Assembly (NCBI RefSeq): GCF_009914755.1
Contig: NC_060937.1
From: the human T2T-CHM13v2.0 reference genome, Homo sapiens
Direction: 5' to 3' (one strand)
Length of the DNA stretch: 64,000 nucleotides
A program made the position numbers and the translations under genes. The notes below the pieces were generated by a model. It was not told the origin of the DNA. It was given only the letters and a program-made list of their open reading frames with translations, and did not search any database. This document shows, in pieces, positions 41,443 to 56,244 of this stretch (the stretch's first letter is position 1; each line of letters begins with the position of its first letter).

Positions 41443-41589
41443 AGGAAGGAAGGAAGACAGGAAAGAAGGAAGGAAGGAAGGAGAAAAGGAAAAGGAATGA
41501 AGGAAGAAAGGAAAAGGAAGGAAGGAAGAAAGAAAGGAAAAGGAAGGAAGGAAGGAAGAAAGGAAAAGAAAGGAAAGGAAAGGAAAGGA
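41443..41589. repeat. (GGAA/GAAA)n polypurine tract derived from the Alu tail
   Basis: About 145 bp, almost entirely purine on the + strand. Confidence 0.95.
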
Positions 41590-44297
41590 TTATAGTACAG
41601 GTTGAGCACAAAGAATTACCATTCAGAGGTGACATTTGAGTTGATATTGAAAATGGAGTAGATTCACTAGGTAGGTAAGGAAAGAATATTTCAGTACAGG
41701 AAACAAATAGGGCAAAGGGCAGATGTGAGAATGAATGGATGTGAATGAACTGCAAACTACAGGTTACATGGGGAGGGTGCTTCATTGGTGTGTCTTTTGT
41801 GCAGGTAGACACGGTACCCTTCATTTGGCCCATATATCACAGTATAGTGTGTAAATTATCCTAAGAGAAGAGGTTTGCCTCCCATATCCATTTGCTTTCA
41901 TTGTGTTGGGATTTATCACAGATTAGACGTGCTAGATTAATTTGTGTTCTGTCTTGTGTTATCTTGTTTTAACGTAATTTACATTCAAGCTTGTGGTCAA
42001 GTTTGCCATTTGGAACCACGTTTTTGTGAGCTGTTTCAACTATGAAAACCATTGAAATGTTGAGCAAATTGACTTTAGCAATCTTTCAAATTGCTGAAAA
42101 AATAATTTTCAAAAGGCAAATGTGTTTTTATTGTTAATACAAGTTTATACATTAAAATGATTGAACTAAATTTTACTATTAATCCAGAACATATTTGGGG
42201 ATGTCAGAGCTCTCTTTCTAAAAACGAAATGTCTATTGGTAGCATAAGAAACAACTCTGAAATAAAAAAATTCTAAAATACAAGTTATCATCTTACTCAA
42301 GAATTTTAATAACTTTTATGGCTTATGGCAGTGACCTTCAAACTGTTTTTGTAACAGAATTCATAAGTAATGGTCACAAGCCCAGTGATTGTTTGTTTGC
42401 TAATATTCCTATACTGTTTTATCCTATACTGTTGTATTGTAACCATTACAAAAATTTTCAAAATTGTAAATAAAATTAAGAAATACTGATAAAAATTATT
42501 ATTTAAAAACTTGGTACTGATAGTACCAACTCATTTAGTTTGCAGTATTAAGTAGACCTTGCATGTGGAAAATCAGGGCAATGAGTGGCATCCAGTAAGC
42601 ACTTGATAAAGGTTTGTTTGTATTATCATTGCTGCTACTGGTACTGAACTCCTTGCTGGCCAAAATGCCCCTTTTTTGTAGTTGGATAGCCCAGCAAATT
42701 CTTTTTTTCACTCTTAGCATTTCCTTAAGTCTGGACTTCTGATTTTGTAAGCAAATAACTGCTATTACAAAATAATTTTATACTTTAAACAGTACTATAA
42801 TGTGAAGAATAGTTATATTCGAAATTGATTTATTTGATAAAAGTTAAGTCACTGGTAGAAATGAATAGATATAAGATTAATTTAGAAATTTTATGTTGAC
42901 TTTGTTATCATATACATTGTATCTGAATGTAGTTTTTCATACCTCTCAGCACTTCATTTCAAAGTATAAAAGAAAGTTCTGATTCTGTCAGGTTCAGCAT
43001 AAATAAATGCAGGGCTTATAGCCACAAGGTAGATTAAGCTGCGTTTGTCATTTTCTTTGCGTTTAATGAAAAGAAACTTATATTATGTTTTGCTTCTTTC
43101 TCAGAGGTTAAATTTATTGTCCTTGCTATTCAGAAGTTTTTATTTGAAAAAATGCAGGATAGTTTCTGTTTTCTTGTTCTTTGATAGTATTAAAATATAA
43201 CTCTGAATAGATACTGAAACATAGTGATGACATGAACATACTTTTTACAATATAAGTGTGCATATATAGTAACACTTGTGTAATATACTGGATAAGATAC
43301 TTAACATATTTTTGCATGTGATTTATAAATTCATGTGTGTATACTTTGTGGGAACACAATAACATAGTATTATTGTTTATACTTTGTAGTACATATAGAT
43401 ATGCATAAACATACTCAGATATGGAATTTCCATACCTACTGCTTACTTTTAAAAATAGCAATTGATAAATGAAAATAAATAAAACAATTTATTCACAATA
43501 CTATAGTGATAACTCATGCTAAACATTTAAAATACTTTTAGATTTCATTGTATTACAAAATTACATACATGATGAAGTCCATATTATATTTAAATTATAT
43601 ATCCTATATTTCTTTTTAAATTATATTAAGTTTATGCCACAATGTCATTGAAAATTTCTATTATAAATAATTTCAAAGGATGTAGAATATTCTGTTACAT
43701 GTGTATTTTGCTTAGGCTAAATATGAGGTCATCCATCATTCCTTTCATTTTGCTACCCCGTAGCCAATCTACCAGCAACTTCTGTTGAGTAAACCTTCAA
43801 AATATATTCAGAATCAGAACACTTCAATTCTGTTTTTTGCAAATAAAATAATGTCCTAAATTAGACAAGGTCAATTTCTCATTCAAAAATCTGTGATTTC
43901 ACATTGCTCAAAGAGGAGTAAACGGTACAAGTACATATAAATCAGTAAAACATTACTCAAAAGTAATGTTGACATATTCATCATCAATTTGGCACATATA
44001 AAAATATATAAAAGGCTTGTGACAAAGGACATTAAAAATTTCAAATTAATATTCTAATAGTAAAAGTATAAAAATTATATTCAAGAATTTTATTTATATA
44101 TATAAAATAGCATGTATTAGTCAGGGTTCTCAAGCATGCTTGATTCTGTCAGGAATCTTCATATTTTAAGACTAGAAGTCAAGCTTTGTGAAGGCCAATC
44201 CTTTCTAGTTCACCTTTGATCCAACTGTGTAGTCCCTTTGTATTTTCAACTTAAAGTTTGGAATGGTTTCCTGAAGTCCTCCTCCGTGGTGGATAAT

Positions 44298-44300
44298 GTG

Positions 44301-44352
<52 letters not shown>
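44298..44352. repeat. (TG)n microsatellite
   Basis: About 27 units. Confidence 0.95.
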
Positions 44353-44353
<1 letters not shown>

Positions 44354-44379
44354 TTCCTGAAAATTTTTAGAAGCTTTTT

Positions 44380-44832
44380 ACCATCTTAGCTGCTACTTTT
44401 GGTTTTTTACTCTTCTTGCCAGTTCAGGAATTGACAAAATCCTCAGGGGAAATTGGCACATGAATTTCAGGCTCACCTCTCTGAGGTTTCCTTTTCTCCT
44501 GGGTCTTGGTCTCTCAAGTCCTGGATGAGCTGGTAATCTAGAAATGTGACTGCAGATCCTGCCCAGAACCAAGGCTTTTTGCTTGGCCTTCATACCCAGT
44601 GCTTAGGATCTGCATATAATCCAAGGGAGAAAAAAAATCAAAAGTAGAACTACTCAACACATTTCTCTTCTTTTTCTCCTCCCTCTGGAAGATTGTCTAC
44701 ACAAAGCCTTAGTTGTCTTAGTTGCCCTCTGATAATGCATGTGGTTTTGTTTAGTTTTTCTGTCGATGTAGTTGCTCTTAGCAGGAGAGTTCTTATTATA
44801 CAAATTATTCAGACAAATTTCATGTAGAAATT
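44380..44832 (-). mobile_element. Ancient L1M/HAL1-like 5' region
   Basis: ggctcacctctctgaggtttccttttctcctgggtcttggtctctcaagtcctgg and gtagttgctcttagcaggagagtt resemble antisense old-L1 5' ends. Confidence 0.4.
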
Positions 44833-45260
44833 AGAAAATAAATTTTAAGTTATAAAATATTAATATTTAACAACATATAAATTACCTGGTACCTATACGT
44901 GAGAAAACAAATTAAAAAAAAATCATCCAAATGATTATTTCAAAAGAAAAAACGTATTACCTAAGTATTCATTCTCCAAAGCAGAATAAGATGTAAATTT
45001 TTAAATTCCCACTTACTTATGATTTCTTATAGTACTATTTTATGTATGTGTATGTATTTATATAATGTTTATTGTGATATATTGTAATATTTAATATATT
45101 TAATTAAATTATATAGTTAATTGAGTTATGAAATATAAAAAATATATTATCTAATATAACCTAATGATACTTTAAACATTTCACTTGTCTTAACGTTTTG
45201 TAAGTATCTAAAACATATAGAATATATGTTTTTTCTAATGCAAAAAAAGCCAATATTTAA

Positions 45261-45853
<593 letters not shown>

Positions 45854-45921
45854 TACAGCTTTAAAATCATTTAATAAGCAATTTATTTACCTTTAACATT
45901 TCAAATTCCTGCCTAAATCAC

Positions 45922-46221
45922 TATATTAGTTGTTCTCGCATTGCCATAAAGAACTACCTGAGAATGGGCAATTTATAAAGAAAGGAGGTTTAATTGACTC
46001 ACAGTTTCTCAGATTGTACAGAAAACATGACTGGCAGGAGAGCTCGAGTGAAGGAGGAAGTGCCGCATACTTTCAAACAACCAAATCTCATGAGAACTCC
46101 ATCACGAGAACAGCAAATCTGCCCCCATGATTCAATCACCTCCCACTAGGCGCCTCTTCCAACACTGGAGATTACAATTCAACATGAGACTTGAGTGGGG
46201 ACACAGAACCAAGCCATATCA
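45922..46221 (-). mobile_element. MSTA MaLR solo LTR with internal deletions
   Basis: tatattagttgttctcgcattgccataaagaactacctgag...aaccaagccatatca, with a perfect TSD atcac. Confidence 0.85.
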
Positions 46222-46459
46222 ATCACATAAAATACAGTAGCCATTATATATATTTATGTTTTTAAGATTTTTTTCTGTGAAGACTGAATTACTATATTCT
46301 ATATACTAGGTGAGGTATATACTACCAACAAAAATGAGTTAATAAAAATCTCTACTATTTACTATTTATTCAGTGTCATCTGCTATGAAAAATCCTTTAT
46401 AAACCCAATAGGATTTTCTTCCCAAACTTTCAATTTTGAAAAATTGTAAACCTTGCAGG

Positions 46460-46600
46460 CCAATTTTGTCTTCTAAATCCCATTCTCCACTATAACTATA
46501 ATAAACTAGTGCTCTTTGGAAAGAGAGTTGATTCCAGGGCCAAGACAGAAAAAGTAAAAGTGAGACTAAAACAACTTGTGCCAAAAAGAAATATAGTGCT
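46460..46600 (+). mobile_element. L1MC 3'UTR fragment
   Basis: gctctttggaaagagagttgattccagggccaagacagaaaaagta resembles L1MC4/5. Confidence 0.45.
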
Positions 46601-46694
46601 CAGAAATGTGATTTGATTTTCTTCACAGATAAACTCTGTAAAAGTGATTATTCCCATTAATGAAACAGGTTCAAGTGCCTTTTCTAATGACTGC

Positions 46695-46790
46695 ATCCAT
46701 TTACTCATCCGTTTATTCAATGAAATTTATTGAGTATTTTTTGTATGCCAGAAATGACATTATGCTTTAAAAATACAGACGGCTAGGCTG
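46695..46790 (-). mobile_element. L2 3' end
   Basis: catttactcatccgtttattcaatgaaatttattgagtatt...tatgccag. Confidence 0.55.
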
Positions 46791-49700
46791 CTCTAGAGAT
46801 ATTCAGAGGCAAGCTGTTCATTTTGAAATTTCTTATAGTATAATACTGTGGAGATTTCATTCACTAGACAAGACGCAGGCCATACACAATATCAAGATGC
46901 CAAAGTATTTTTTGATATTTGTTGCAACATTATAGGGCTATATTGTCTTGGGTTTTTAATGCGTAGGAAGATATTTTATTAGTAAATATATTTTGTATGA
47001 GGAAAACATTGTATGTTTTATGTGGGTTGAAATAAATCAACACAAAAGCTAAAATCCAAAATCATAAAGTATATTATTATTTTTATTTTAATTGAAATCC
47101 TAAGGATATTGAAACTATTCTGTTTTTTAAACATATAGCTTAGAAATGTCTTAAGGACTTATGCCCTTTGATAGATAATTTTAAAATCCGTTGTTTAACA
47201 GCCAAAGGCCTTGGTGATAACACTTTCATTAGAAGTTAAAAGGTGATACTGATATCTGTTTAGAAATAGGAGATAAACTGGCAACCTTTAGGAATTATCA
47301 TATATTCTCTATCAACTCTGAAAATACATGAATTTAACACTTTAAAATATTATGGTGTTGATGCTAGCCTGCATTTAAAACAAATCTAGCCTCAATCATA
47401 AACAACTCCAATGAGGTATTATGGAATACATAATATACTAATATTATATATTTGTTTAATATAAATCACAAACATTTTATCTTGCTTGTACTCTTTAAAG
47501 TCAATTATGCCAATTAAACATTGAAGAATTGATTCTTATAAATCTAAGTATATTAACATTTTAATTTACAGTTAATGCGTTCTCTGTTTTATACCACCCT
47601 ACTCAGAGGACGGACAAAGACTTACTGATTTATATTATAAGATCCAAACCCCAGACTATGGTTGACTGTACCAAGAACGAACACTGACCCAAATTAGGCC
47701 AATCAAATCCTTTTTGCCAGATTTTTGCATTGGAAACATAATTCATTTTAATCATTTTGGTTTACTTGAATTGAGGTCTTGGTTTACTTGAACTGAGGAC
47801 TTGAGAAATCTGGAATGCTGAAGTGGATGTGTTTTCTACAGGAATACTAAAGAGGTAAATTCAGTTCAGAGAAAGACAGAATTGAAGTAGATTCATACAG
47901 AAAAGCAGAGGTGTCAGCCCACGCAAGTTACAATCACAGGAATTCAGGCAAAGAAGGTCTCCTACATCCCTAAAATTCTCCTGTTCCAGATGCCAGCCCA
48001 TATGAACCTTAAGTGGCATTTTCTGGTCTTCAGTTTTGTAAGACAGTTCCAAAGTTCTATATTCAATTTCATTTTCTGCTTCAACTCTTTGAAAATGATT
48101 TGCTTTTATACAGAACAAAGTATTTTCTCCATTCAGAGACTAGTAAAAAATATAAAATTGCTATCTAATAAGACATTCTAAAAATAAGGAATAGATATAA
48201 ACATAAATGATATAAAATATCTGTAGATATTTTTGAGTGGAATTATATTAATTATTCAATGCCAAATAATATACTATTACTTCATTTCAAAATCCTTATC
48301 CAAATAGTTTCAATCACATCAACTTTTTACAGATAAGAGCATTTACTAAATAAAGTTATCCAGATAAAATATTAATGCAGTGATACATTTATAATGAAAA
48401 TCTGTATTCAAATAAATAAGACTATGAAATAAATTCCAGAGGTACAAACAAATTTGGCCACTATCATAGAAATGTATTTTCATTTCTCTGCATAATTAAT
48501 ACAATCCAATTATAAAACAAAATGATTTAGGTAACTTGCAAGATATTAAAGTAAAATGGAATATATATTTAGAAGGAACCAATACATATTAATACTCATG
48601 GAAAACATTGCGTTGATTAAATGAAGTGTATGATTTGTACATTTCCTTTAAATGTTTTGAATAAAGCTTCCTTTCTTTTTTTTAATAAAATCATTGCTTG
48701 AATAATTTCTTCATATTTTGGCTGCTTCTCCAACCCTCCATTTTAATTAGTGTTCTATAACCATTTATACTATATCCTAATTAAGAAATCCATTAAGTCT
48801 CTATAATAGTTGCTTTGGAGATAACATTAAATTTACTGGAGTTTTAAATAATAAATTCATGAGATGGGATTTTAATGTGCAATTTAAGAAGTTATTAATG
48901 TTCGAAAGACAGAGTCATTGCTTCTGTGTTCAATCAATATGCAGTACATAGCTTTTTCCCTTAATACTTAGTTATCAGCTTTATCATTTCTAATATTTCA
49001 TGAATACTCTTAAGTGTTTTTATGGAGGGAGACAATTTAGTGAAAAGTCTCTGCTTTAGAAATTTTTATACCCATTTATCTCAATAAAAATGTTTCGGAC
49101 ATAGATTAGTCCTACCACCTTAAGTGTGACTATGACTTTTATTTTTTCACGAATTCCGTAGACCCAAAATGCAAAATCTGTGGAACAAATAATTTTCTTT
49201 TATAAGGAAGATTCCCCCCCACTTTTTTTTTTAAAGTTGCAGGAACTGCGAATAGTAAACTAGCCTGACAGTCTAGGAATCTAAATATAATTCCTGAGAC
49301 TCCTACAAGTTGCCTATGCTATATTATCCATCCTTGCCACAAACTATTTTGGCATCTTCTGCTTTATCTATAAAATAAAGAGCCCCTAGTAGATGGAGCT
49401 AGCTTTCATCCATAAAGCATCTATTTTAAATCATCCAGGTGAGTACATTATTTTAAAAGCCGTAACAAAATGAATATATAATCAACTCAATTATATTTTG
49501 AACAAATTTGTTTTGTAAGCCATTACTAGACACTTATTTCTTAACTTTATAATTGAAAACAATATGTTTTCATTAAATTCATTATATCCTAGGTTTGTAT
49601 GCAAATGAGAAGTTAGGAAGGATATTTTAATATCAATATAATAAAATAAGTGAACGTTAAAATTCAGTTGATTGGTTTTATAATTTTGTAACTTAAAAGA

Positions 49701-50009
49701 TAATTGAAACTAGGTTGAAGGAATAGGAAATAAAATATATATATATATGTTTTCATAGGGCAAGGTACTCAGAAGATAATTTTTATTCAAGAACAGGAAT
49801 TTTAAAAGCTTTAAGCCTGCAACACACAGCAAAACATCCTTGCAACTCAGGTAGAGTAAGCAAGTGAGTTAGGACGGGAAGGAGATCAGTTCTGCCAACC
49901 ATGGGTCTATATGGAAAGCCTGGAAGTCACTGTGATTGTGGTGGGACACTACAGCAAGGTTTCTGCAGGAAACATTATAAAGAACACAATAATAACTATT
50001 ACTGTTAAC

Positions 50010-52060
50010 ACCATTTTTATTTTAACTTTTTATTTACAATATTTGATCCACTTAAAAGTGATCAAGGTGATTCTGAAAGTTTGCATATATTCTTCACCAG
50101 GTTTCCCCTAATAACATTTTCCATCACCATGTTACCTTGAATGAAAACTAAGAAACACCGCTCCATTACTGTTAAATGATTTTTCAGAATTCATCAGTTT
50201 TTCTACTTACCTCCTTTTCTATTTAACTTTTCAATTCAAGATACCATGTCACCATGTCTCCAAGTCTTTTCTAATCTATGACAGTTTATTTTTCTTCCCT
50301 GCTGTTCATGACTGTTCAGATGTCTTGTAAAATGTTCCTGAGTTGGGTTTGTCTGATGTTTTCTTGTGTGATATAGTTTGGATATGTGCCCCCACCCAAA
50401 TCTCATGTTGAATTGTAATCCCTAATGTTGTAGGTGAGGCCTAGTGAGAGGTGATTTGATCATGGGGATGGTTTCTCATGAATGGTTTACCACTATCACC
50501 TTGGTGCTGTACTTGTGATAGTGAATTTTCATGAGATCTGGCCTTGTAAAGGTGTGTAGTAAGACGACTGCTCCTCCTTTGCCTTCCACCATGATTGGAA
50601 GCTTTCTCAGGTCTCCCCCAAAGCAGAAGCTGCTATGTTTCCTGTACAGTCAGCAGAACCATAAGCCAATTACATCTCCTTGCTTTATAAATTACACGGT
50701 CGGACTAATGTATCAGGATTACACTGGAATTATTTATTCTGGGAAAGAATATCAAAGAAATATCCCTCGCCACTTTCCATATACTAGTTGTTGGAAGCAA
50801 GCCACTAAGTCCAGCCCATGCTAAAAAGAAATAAAATTCAGCTCCACCTCGTAGAGGAGAGTATAAAAACATTTCTGAATATTTTGAAGCCACACAGTAT
50901 TTAATAATTATTTGTGAAGTGATAGTTTGAGTGGCATTCACCTGTGGATGTTGCCTGTAGCAATTATTACTGTACTCTTCTAATCATGATTTTCTATTTC
51001 CACATTTCTGCGAAATTTATCATTTAGAATTCTGCTCTAAGGAAGATTCATCTCTTCTCTATTGATTTATCTAATAAATCATTTATTATTTAATAAGTAA
51101 TCTATTTATATCCATATAGACTCAATATGTACTTTATTATTTCAGTTCTAGTTTGAAATTATTGTTATTTACATCGTTGCTTAAACTGTTCCAGATTTAG
51201 CTATTGGAAGCTTTCAAGTTGGCTCCTGTGTCCCTTTGACATGGCCTCATCTTTTTTTTAAATTTTTTCTTATTTTCTATCACTGCAACATGCCACAAAT
51301 TTCTCTTATATTTTTCAAGCCACATCCCTATAATCCATTTTTCCATGGAATCCCACATTCCTTTAATTAGAAAATTGCATTTAGAAATTAAGATAAGTGT
51401 GTGCTAGGTTTTCTCACTGCTACTGGACTGTCACTCTTTCTAGGTCATCTCTGTAGACTGAGCTAGGATATATGAATGTGTGTGTGTGTGCATGTGTGTG
51501 TGTGTTTGTATTATCCCATGTATGCACACATATCTATACTTATTTATAATTATTTATTATTTCTATATCAGAATAAACATCAATTCAAAATAATATTTCT
51601 GTCCCTGATCCAGCAACACAAGATATACTCTAGCTTTTTTTAATATGTGTAACTTTCTCTGCCAGTGCAAAACTTAGCTCCCATTGTGTTAGCTCCAGTT
51701 TATTTATTTGTTCAACTCCAGTGTTTATATAGCTTCAGAATTAACTCCTGACCATGTAAGAAACAAATTAACTGCTGAAAGTTGGTCCTTATGTACCATT
51801 CTTTTGTTTTTAGCCTCCCAGTATTCAGTCAAAATTCTCCTTTCCAAGGTTACTTAAATTAGCTCCTCTTTCCCAACCCCTTTTGGTGAGATTATGCTGT
51901 GCATTAGTAATACAGTTAGATTTATTTTTCACAGCCTGCATTTCCTCCTGGGATTCTCCAATATCCTGGTTCATTTTGTAAAATCTGCATATAGTAAAGT
52001 TCACTCTTTGTTATGTACAGTTCTGTGGGTTTTAACAAACGCATAGAGATCATTACTATT
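50010..52060 (-). mobile_element. L1MC-type 3' region interrupted by an MST LTR
   Basis: Antisense L1MC 3'UTR motifs (gttgggtttgtctgatgttttct; caagttggctcctgtgtccctttgacat; gttcactctttgttatgtacagttctgtgggttttaacaaa). Confidence 0.65.
50369..50712 (+). mobile_element. MSTB/MSTA MaLR solo LTR with deletions
   Basis: tgatatagtttggatatgtgcccccacccaaatctcatgttgaattgtaatccc...cggactaatgta. Confidence 0.8.
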
Positions 52061-53443
52061 TTCTATACCATTGGAGCTCTCCTCTAGAGAATACTTTGGA
52101 GCAAGAGAGAGGAGGTGGGTAAAATTCGTAGCAATGAGAAGAGCTATAAACTTACTATTGTAGTCGGTGGGAGAAATTATGGTAATTTTGACAATAAGAT
52201 GGATTATTTCTGGATTTCCAATATGACTCACATTATATTCTCTTCTAGATAATTACAGTGTCCTTATTTTAATGAGGCATATTTACTTTTTAAACCAGTT
52301 AAAACAAATATTTAATTTTTGAGTTTGAATATACATAATCTTAAGTAAAATATGCTAGGAATGGCCTCATGTTACCCTTAACTTATGATACCTGGGAAGA
52401 TTTGAGATATATGTGAAAGTAGAGATGATATGCTGATCAATTGGGTAAGGGATGTAATAAAAATATAATTTAAGAATAACTCTGAGGTTTTTATCTTGAG
52501 TGAATTGTGGCACCATTTGAAGGAGTTGTTGAGTACCTTTACAAAAATGGTGAACACATTTTGTTTTCTAAACAACAGAAACAAGAAATTATATAGATTA
52601 AATGAATAATACAAAATTTAAATGTTCCTGGTTAAAGCCTTATTATTCTAAGTAGATGTAAAGAAAGGAAAAGATTGTAGTTAATTTTGTACTAATTCGT
52701 TATCTCAAATATTTCTAATATCTTCTAAATGCACAATTTAGGAGAATGAGCCTGCACACAATAAAATTCCATTAATACATTTTACATCTGTGGAGTATGC
52801 TTTCATATGTAACCACTGCAAACTCTACTCCTGTAAGTCATGGAAAACAAAAATAATTTTTTAATACTGCCCCCAGTTTTCTCCCACCTTCCCCCTGACC
52901 CCAAGCTCTGAAGATTAGAACTAGGAAAGGTGACATATAGACATTAATTGAGTTCAACACTCAAGTCATGTAAACTTGGTTAGTCATTGGGCACTCAGTT
53001 TTCAAAAAACCTGGGCAGTTTTGATGACTTCTGCCTCTCACTTAAACCCTGTGCCTCCGTTCTCAAGCGGGCACCCCAACTCCCCACTGAGCCAGGCTGA
53101 AAGGACCTCCCAGCACCTGCTCAGTGGCCTCTCTCAGGACACTCAGCACTCTCTCCAGTGTCCTCTGTCTCACTGGACAACAGAGGACAGCCTAGAAGCC
53201 TGTTGATCTTATTTAAAGTAAACTGGTATCTTAAGACACAAAAACATACTTGGGGAGCCCTATATATCTAAGCCAGTGTTCCACATCTTCCAGGGTCTGA
53301 GGAAGCTCTTCTCCCACCTCTGGTCTCTGCAGAAGGGGCTGTCGGCCCACCTGGACTTTGGGATCAGACAGATTGCTGGTGCTTTGCTGCCTTGATCAGA
53401 GAACATAAAACATACCAGTGTAGTAGTTTGAAAATACAACATG

Positions 53444-53755
<312 letters not shown>

Positions 53756-54654
53756 GAAAATACAACATGATTTTCTTAATAAGTTATTTCCTACAAAGAC
53801 TAAACAAATATTATTGTGATCTTTTGTTTCTCTTCATTTTCATGAAGACTGAATCAGAGGTGCTTGACATAATAATTTCTAATTCCATAATAATAAATGT
53901 GAAGCCATCAGACATGAGTGGAATATCAGAGGTCTGTTGGTTACCTAACTAAACACAATTTCCAGGTCTTTATACACTACTGCCTATTTTTCTATTCACT
54001 TACTATCTGTAACTATTTAGCTTGCAGACCTTATAGCAAACTTCTAGATGAAAAATAAAATGTCAAAATGCAACCTGACTTCTCTTAATTATCCAGTTTC
54101 TAATAAATTTAATTTCTAATAGTATTCATTTTTTATTGTATTATGAAGATTTGCAAAATTTGTTCTTTCAATATATTTTTGAAATAGCTCTTTCAATGTA
54201 ATCAGAAGAAAAATCTATACTTTAAAAATATTAAAAATATACTTTAAAAATCAATTAACAAGTCTCAGGTTTAAATTTTCTAAACTGCATGATTTCCACT
54301 TTTTAAAAATTGGCTTATTTAATGAAATGAACTCTATCAATTAGTAAAGGATAAGCTGGAAGGAAAGAGGACTTAAAGTATAAATAACTAAACATGTTTT
54401 ATATTTTTTGAGCTCTAAAAAATAGTTTGATGTCAGGGTTTTAAATCAATAGCTAAAGGTAAACACTCTGTTTATGGAAAAGTCAATATATACAGACTTT
54501 GAATGAAGATCAGGTGAGAATGTAAAATAATGATAAAGACATATCTGCAGGTCAGTGTGGAGACAACTTGCCATCACTGTCATTTGTGAGAAAATGGGTT
54601 TAAACTGAACAGAACAACAAATTGTTTCAGGCAAGAAAATCAGGCCATAGTAAA

Positions 54655-55022
54655 TGTATTAGTCCATTTTCAGATTGCTGATAAAGACATACTCGAGACT
54701 GGGCAATTTACAAAAGAAAGAGGTTTATTGGACTTAGAGTTCCACATGACTGGGGAGGCCTCACAGTCATGGTGGAAGGTAAGGAGGAGCAAGTCACATC
54801 TAACGTGGATGGCAGCAGGCAAAAAAGAGAGAGCTTGTGCAGAGAAACCCCTGTTTTTAAAACCATCATATTTCATGAGACCCATTCACTATCTTGAGAA
54901 GAGCACGGGAAAAACCCGACCACATAATTCAATCATCTCCCTCGGGGTCCCTCCCACAACACGTGGGAATTAGGGAGCTCCAAGATGAGATTTAGGTGGG
55001 GACACAGAGCCAAACCAAATCA
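54655..55022 (-). mobile_element. THE1B MaLR solo LTR
   Basis: tgtattagtccattttcagattgctgataaagacatac...gacacagagccaaaccaaatca, with TSD gtaaa/ctaaa. Confidence 0.9.
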
Positions 55023-55067
55023 CTAAATGTGATGGGGAAACTGGGAAAAGATAAAGTAAAGAGGATT

Positions 55068-56244
55068 TTTATTAGTCCATTTTCATGCTGCTGATAAAGA
55101 CATACCAGAGATAGCAGATGCTTGTCATTGCACCAAGACATACCCAAGAAGAAAGAGGTTTAATAGATTTAACAGTTTCATATGGCTGGGGAGGCCTCAC
55201 AATCATGGCAAAGGCAAGGAGGAGAAAGTCAAGTCCTATATGGATGGCATTAGGCAAAGAGAGAGCTTGTGCAGGGCAACTCCCATTTTTAAACCATCAG
55301 ATCTCATGAGACTTACTCACTATCACGAGAACAGCAGGGGAAAGACTCACCCCATGATTCAATTACCTCCCACCTGGCCCCTCCCACAACACATAGGAAT
55401 TCAAAATGAGATTTGGCAATGAAAAAAAGCTCATCATCACTAGTCATTAGAGAAATGCAAATCAAAACCACAATGAGATACCATCTCATGCAAGTTAAAA
55501 AGTTAGGAAACAATAGATGCTGGAGAGGATGTGGAGAAATAAGAATGCTTTTACACTGTTAGTGGGAGTGTAAATTAGTTCAACCATTGTGGAAGACAGT
55601 GTGATGATTCCTCAAAGATCTAGAACCAGAAATACCATTTGACCCAGCAATGCCAGTACTGGGTATATACCCAAAGGATTATAAATCATCTACTATAAAG
55701 ACACATGCACACGTATGTTTATGGCAGCACTGCTCACAAGAGCAAAGACTTGGAACCAACCCAAATGCCCATCAATGATAGACTGGATAAAGAAAATATG
55801 ATACGTATACATCATGGAATACTATGCAGCCATAAAAAAGGAGGAGTTTATGTCCTTTGCAGGGACATGGGTGAAGCAGGAAACCATCATTCTCAGCAAA
55901 CTAACACAGGAACAGAAAACCAAACACTGCATATTCTCACTCATAAGTGGCAGCTGAACAATTAGAACACATGGACACAGGAAGTGGAACATCACACACC
56001 AAGGCCTGTCACGGGGTGGGGAGATAGAGGAGGAGTAGCATTAGGAGAAATACCTAATGTAGATGACAGGTTGATGGGTGCAGCAAACCACCATGGCACA
56101 TGTATACCTATGTAACAAACCTGCACGTTCTGCACGTGTATCCCAGAACTTAAAGTATAATAAAAATAAATTATAAATAAAATAACAACAGCAACAAGAA
56201 AAAACAAAATGAGATTTGGGTGGGGATACAGCCAAATCATATCA
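55068..56244 (-). mobile_element. THE1B MaLR solo LTR split by L1
   Basis: LTR body 55068-55416 resumes at 56205-56244. Perfect TSD ggatt. Confidence 0.9.
55417..56204 (+). mobile_element. 5'-truncated L1PA7-like LINE-1
   Basis: ORF2 end, 3'UTR (gtagatgacaggttgatgggtgcagcaaaccaccatggc) and A-rich tail. 15-bp TSD caaaatgagatttgg. Confidence 0.92.

Noticed and set aside
44113-44131. tgtattagtcagggttctc, an MLT2 LTR terminus
   Set aside because: Only ~19 bp with no continuing LTR body, too short to call.
47757-47800. 22-bp direct repeat x2 (CRISPR-like?)
   Set aside because: A simple tandem duplication without spacers, in eukaryotic DNA.
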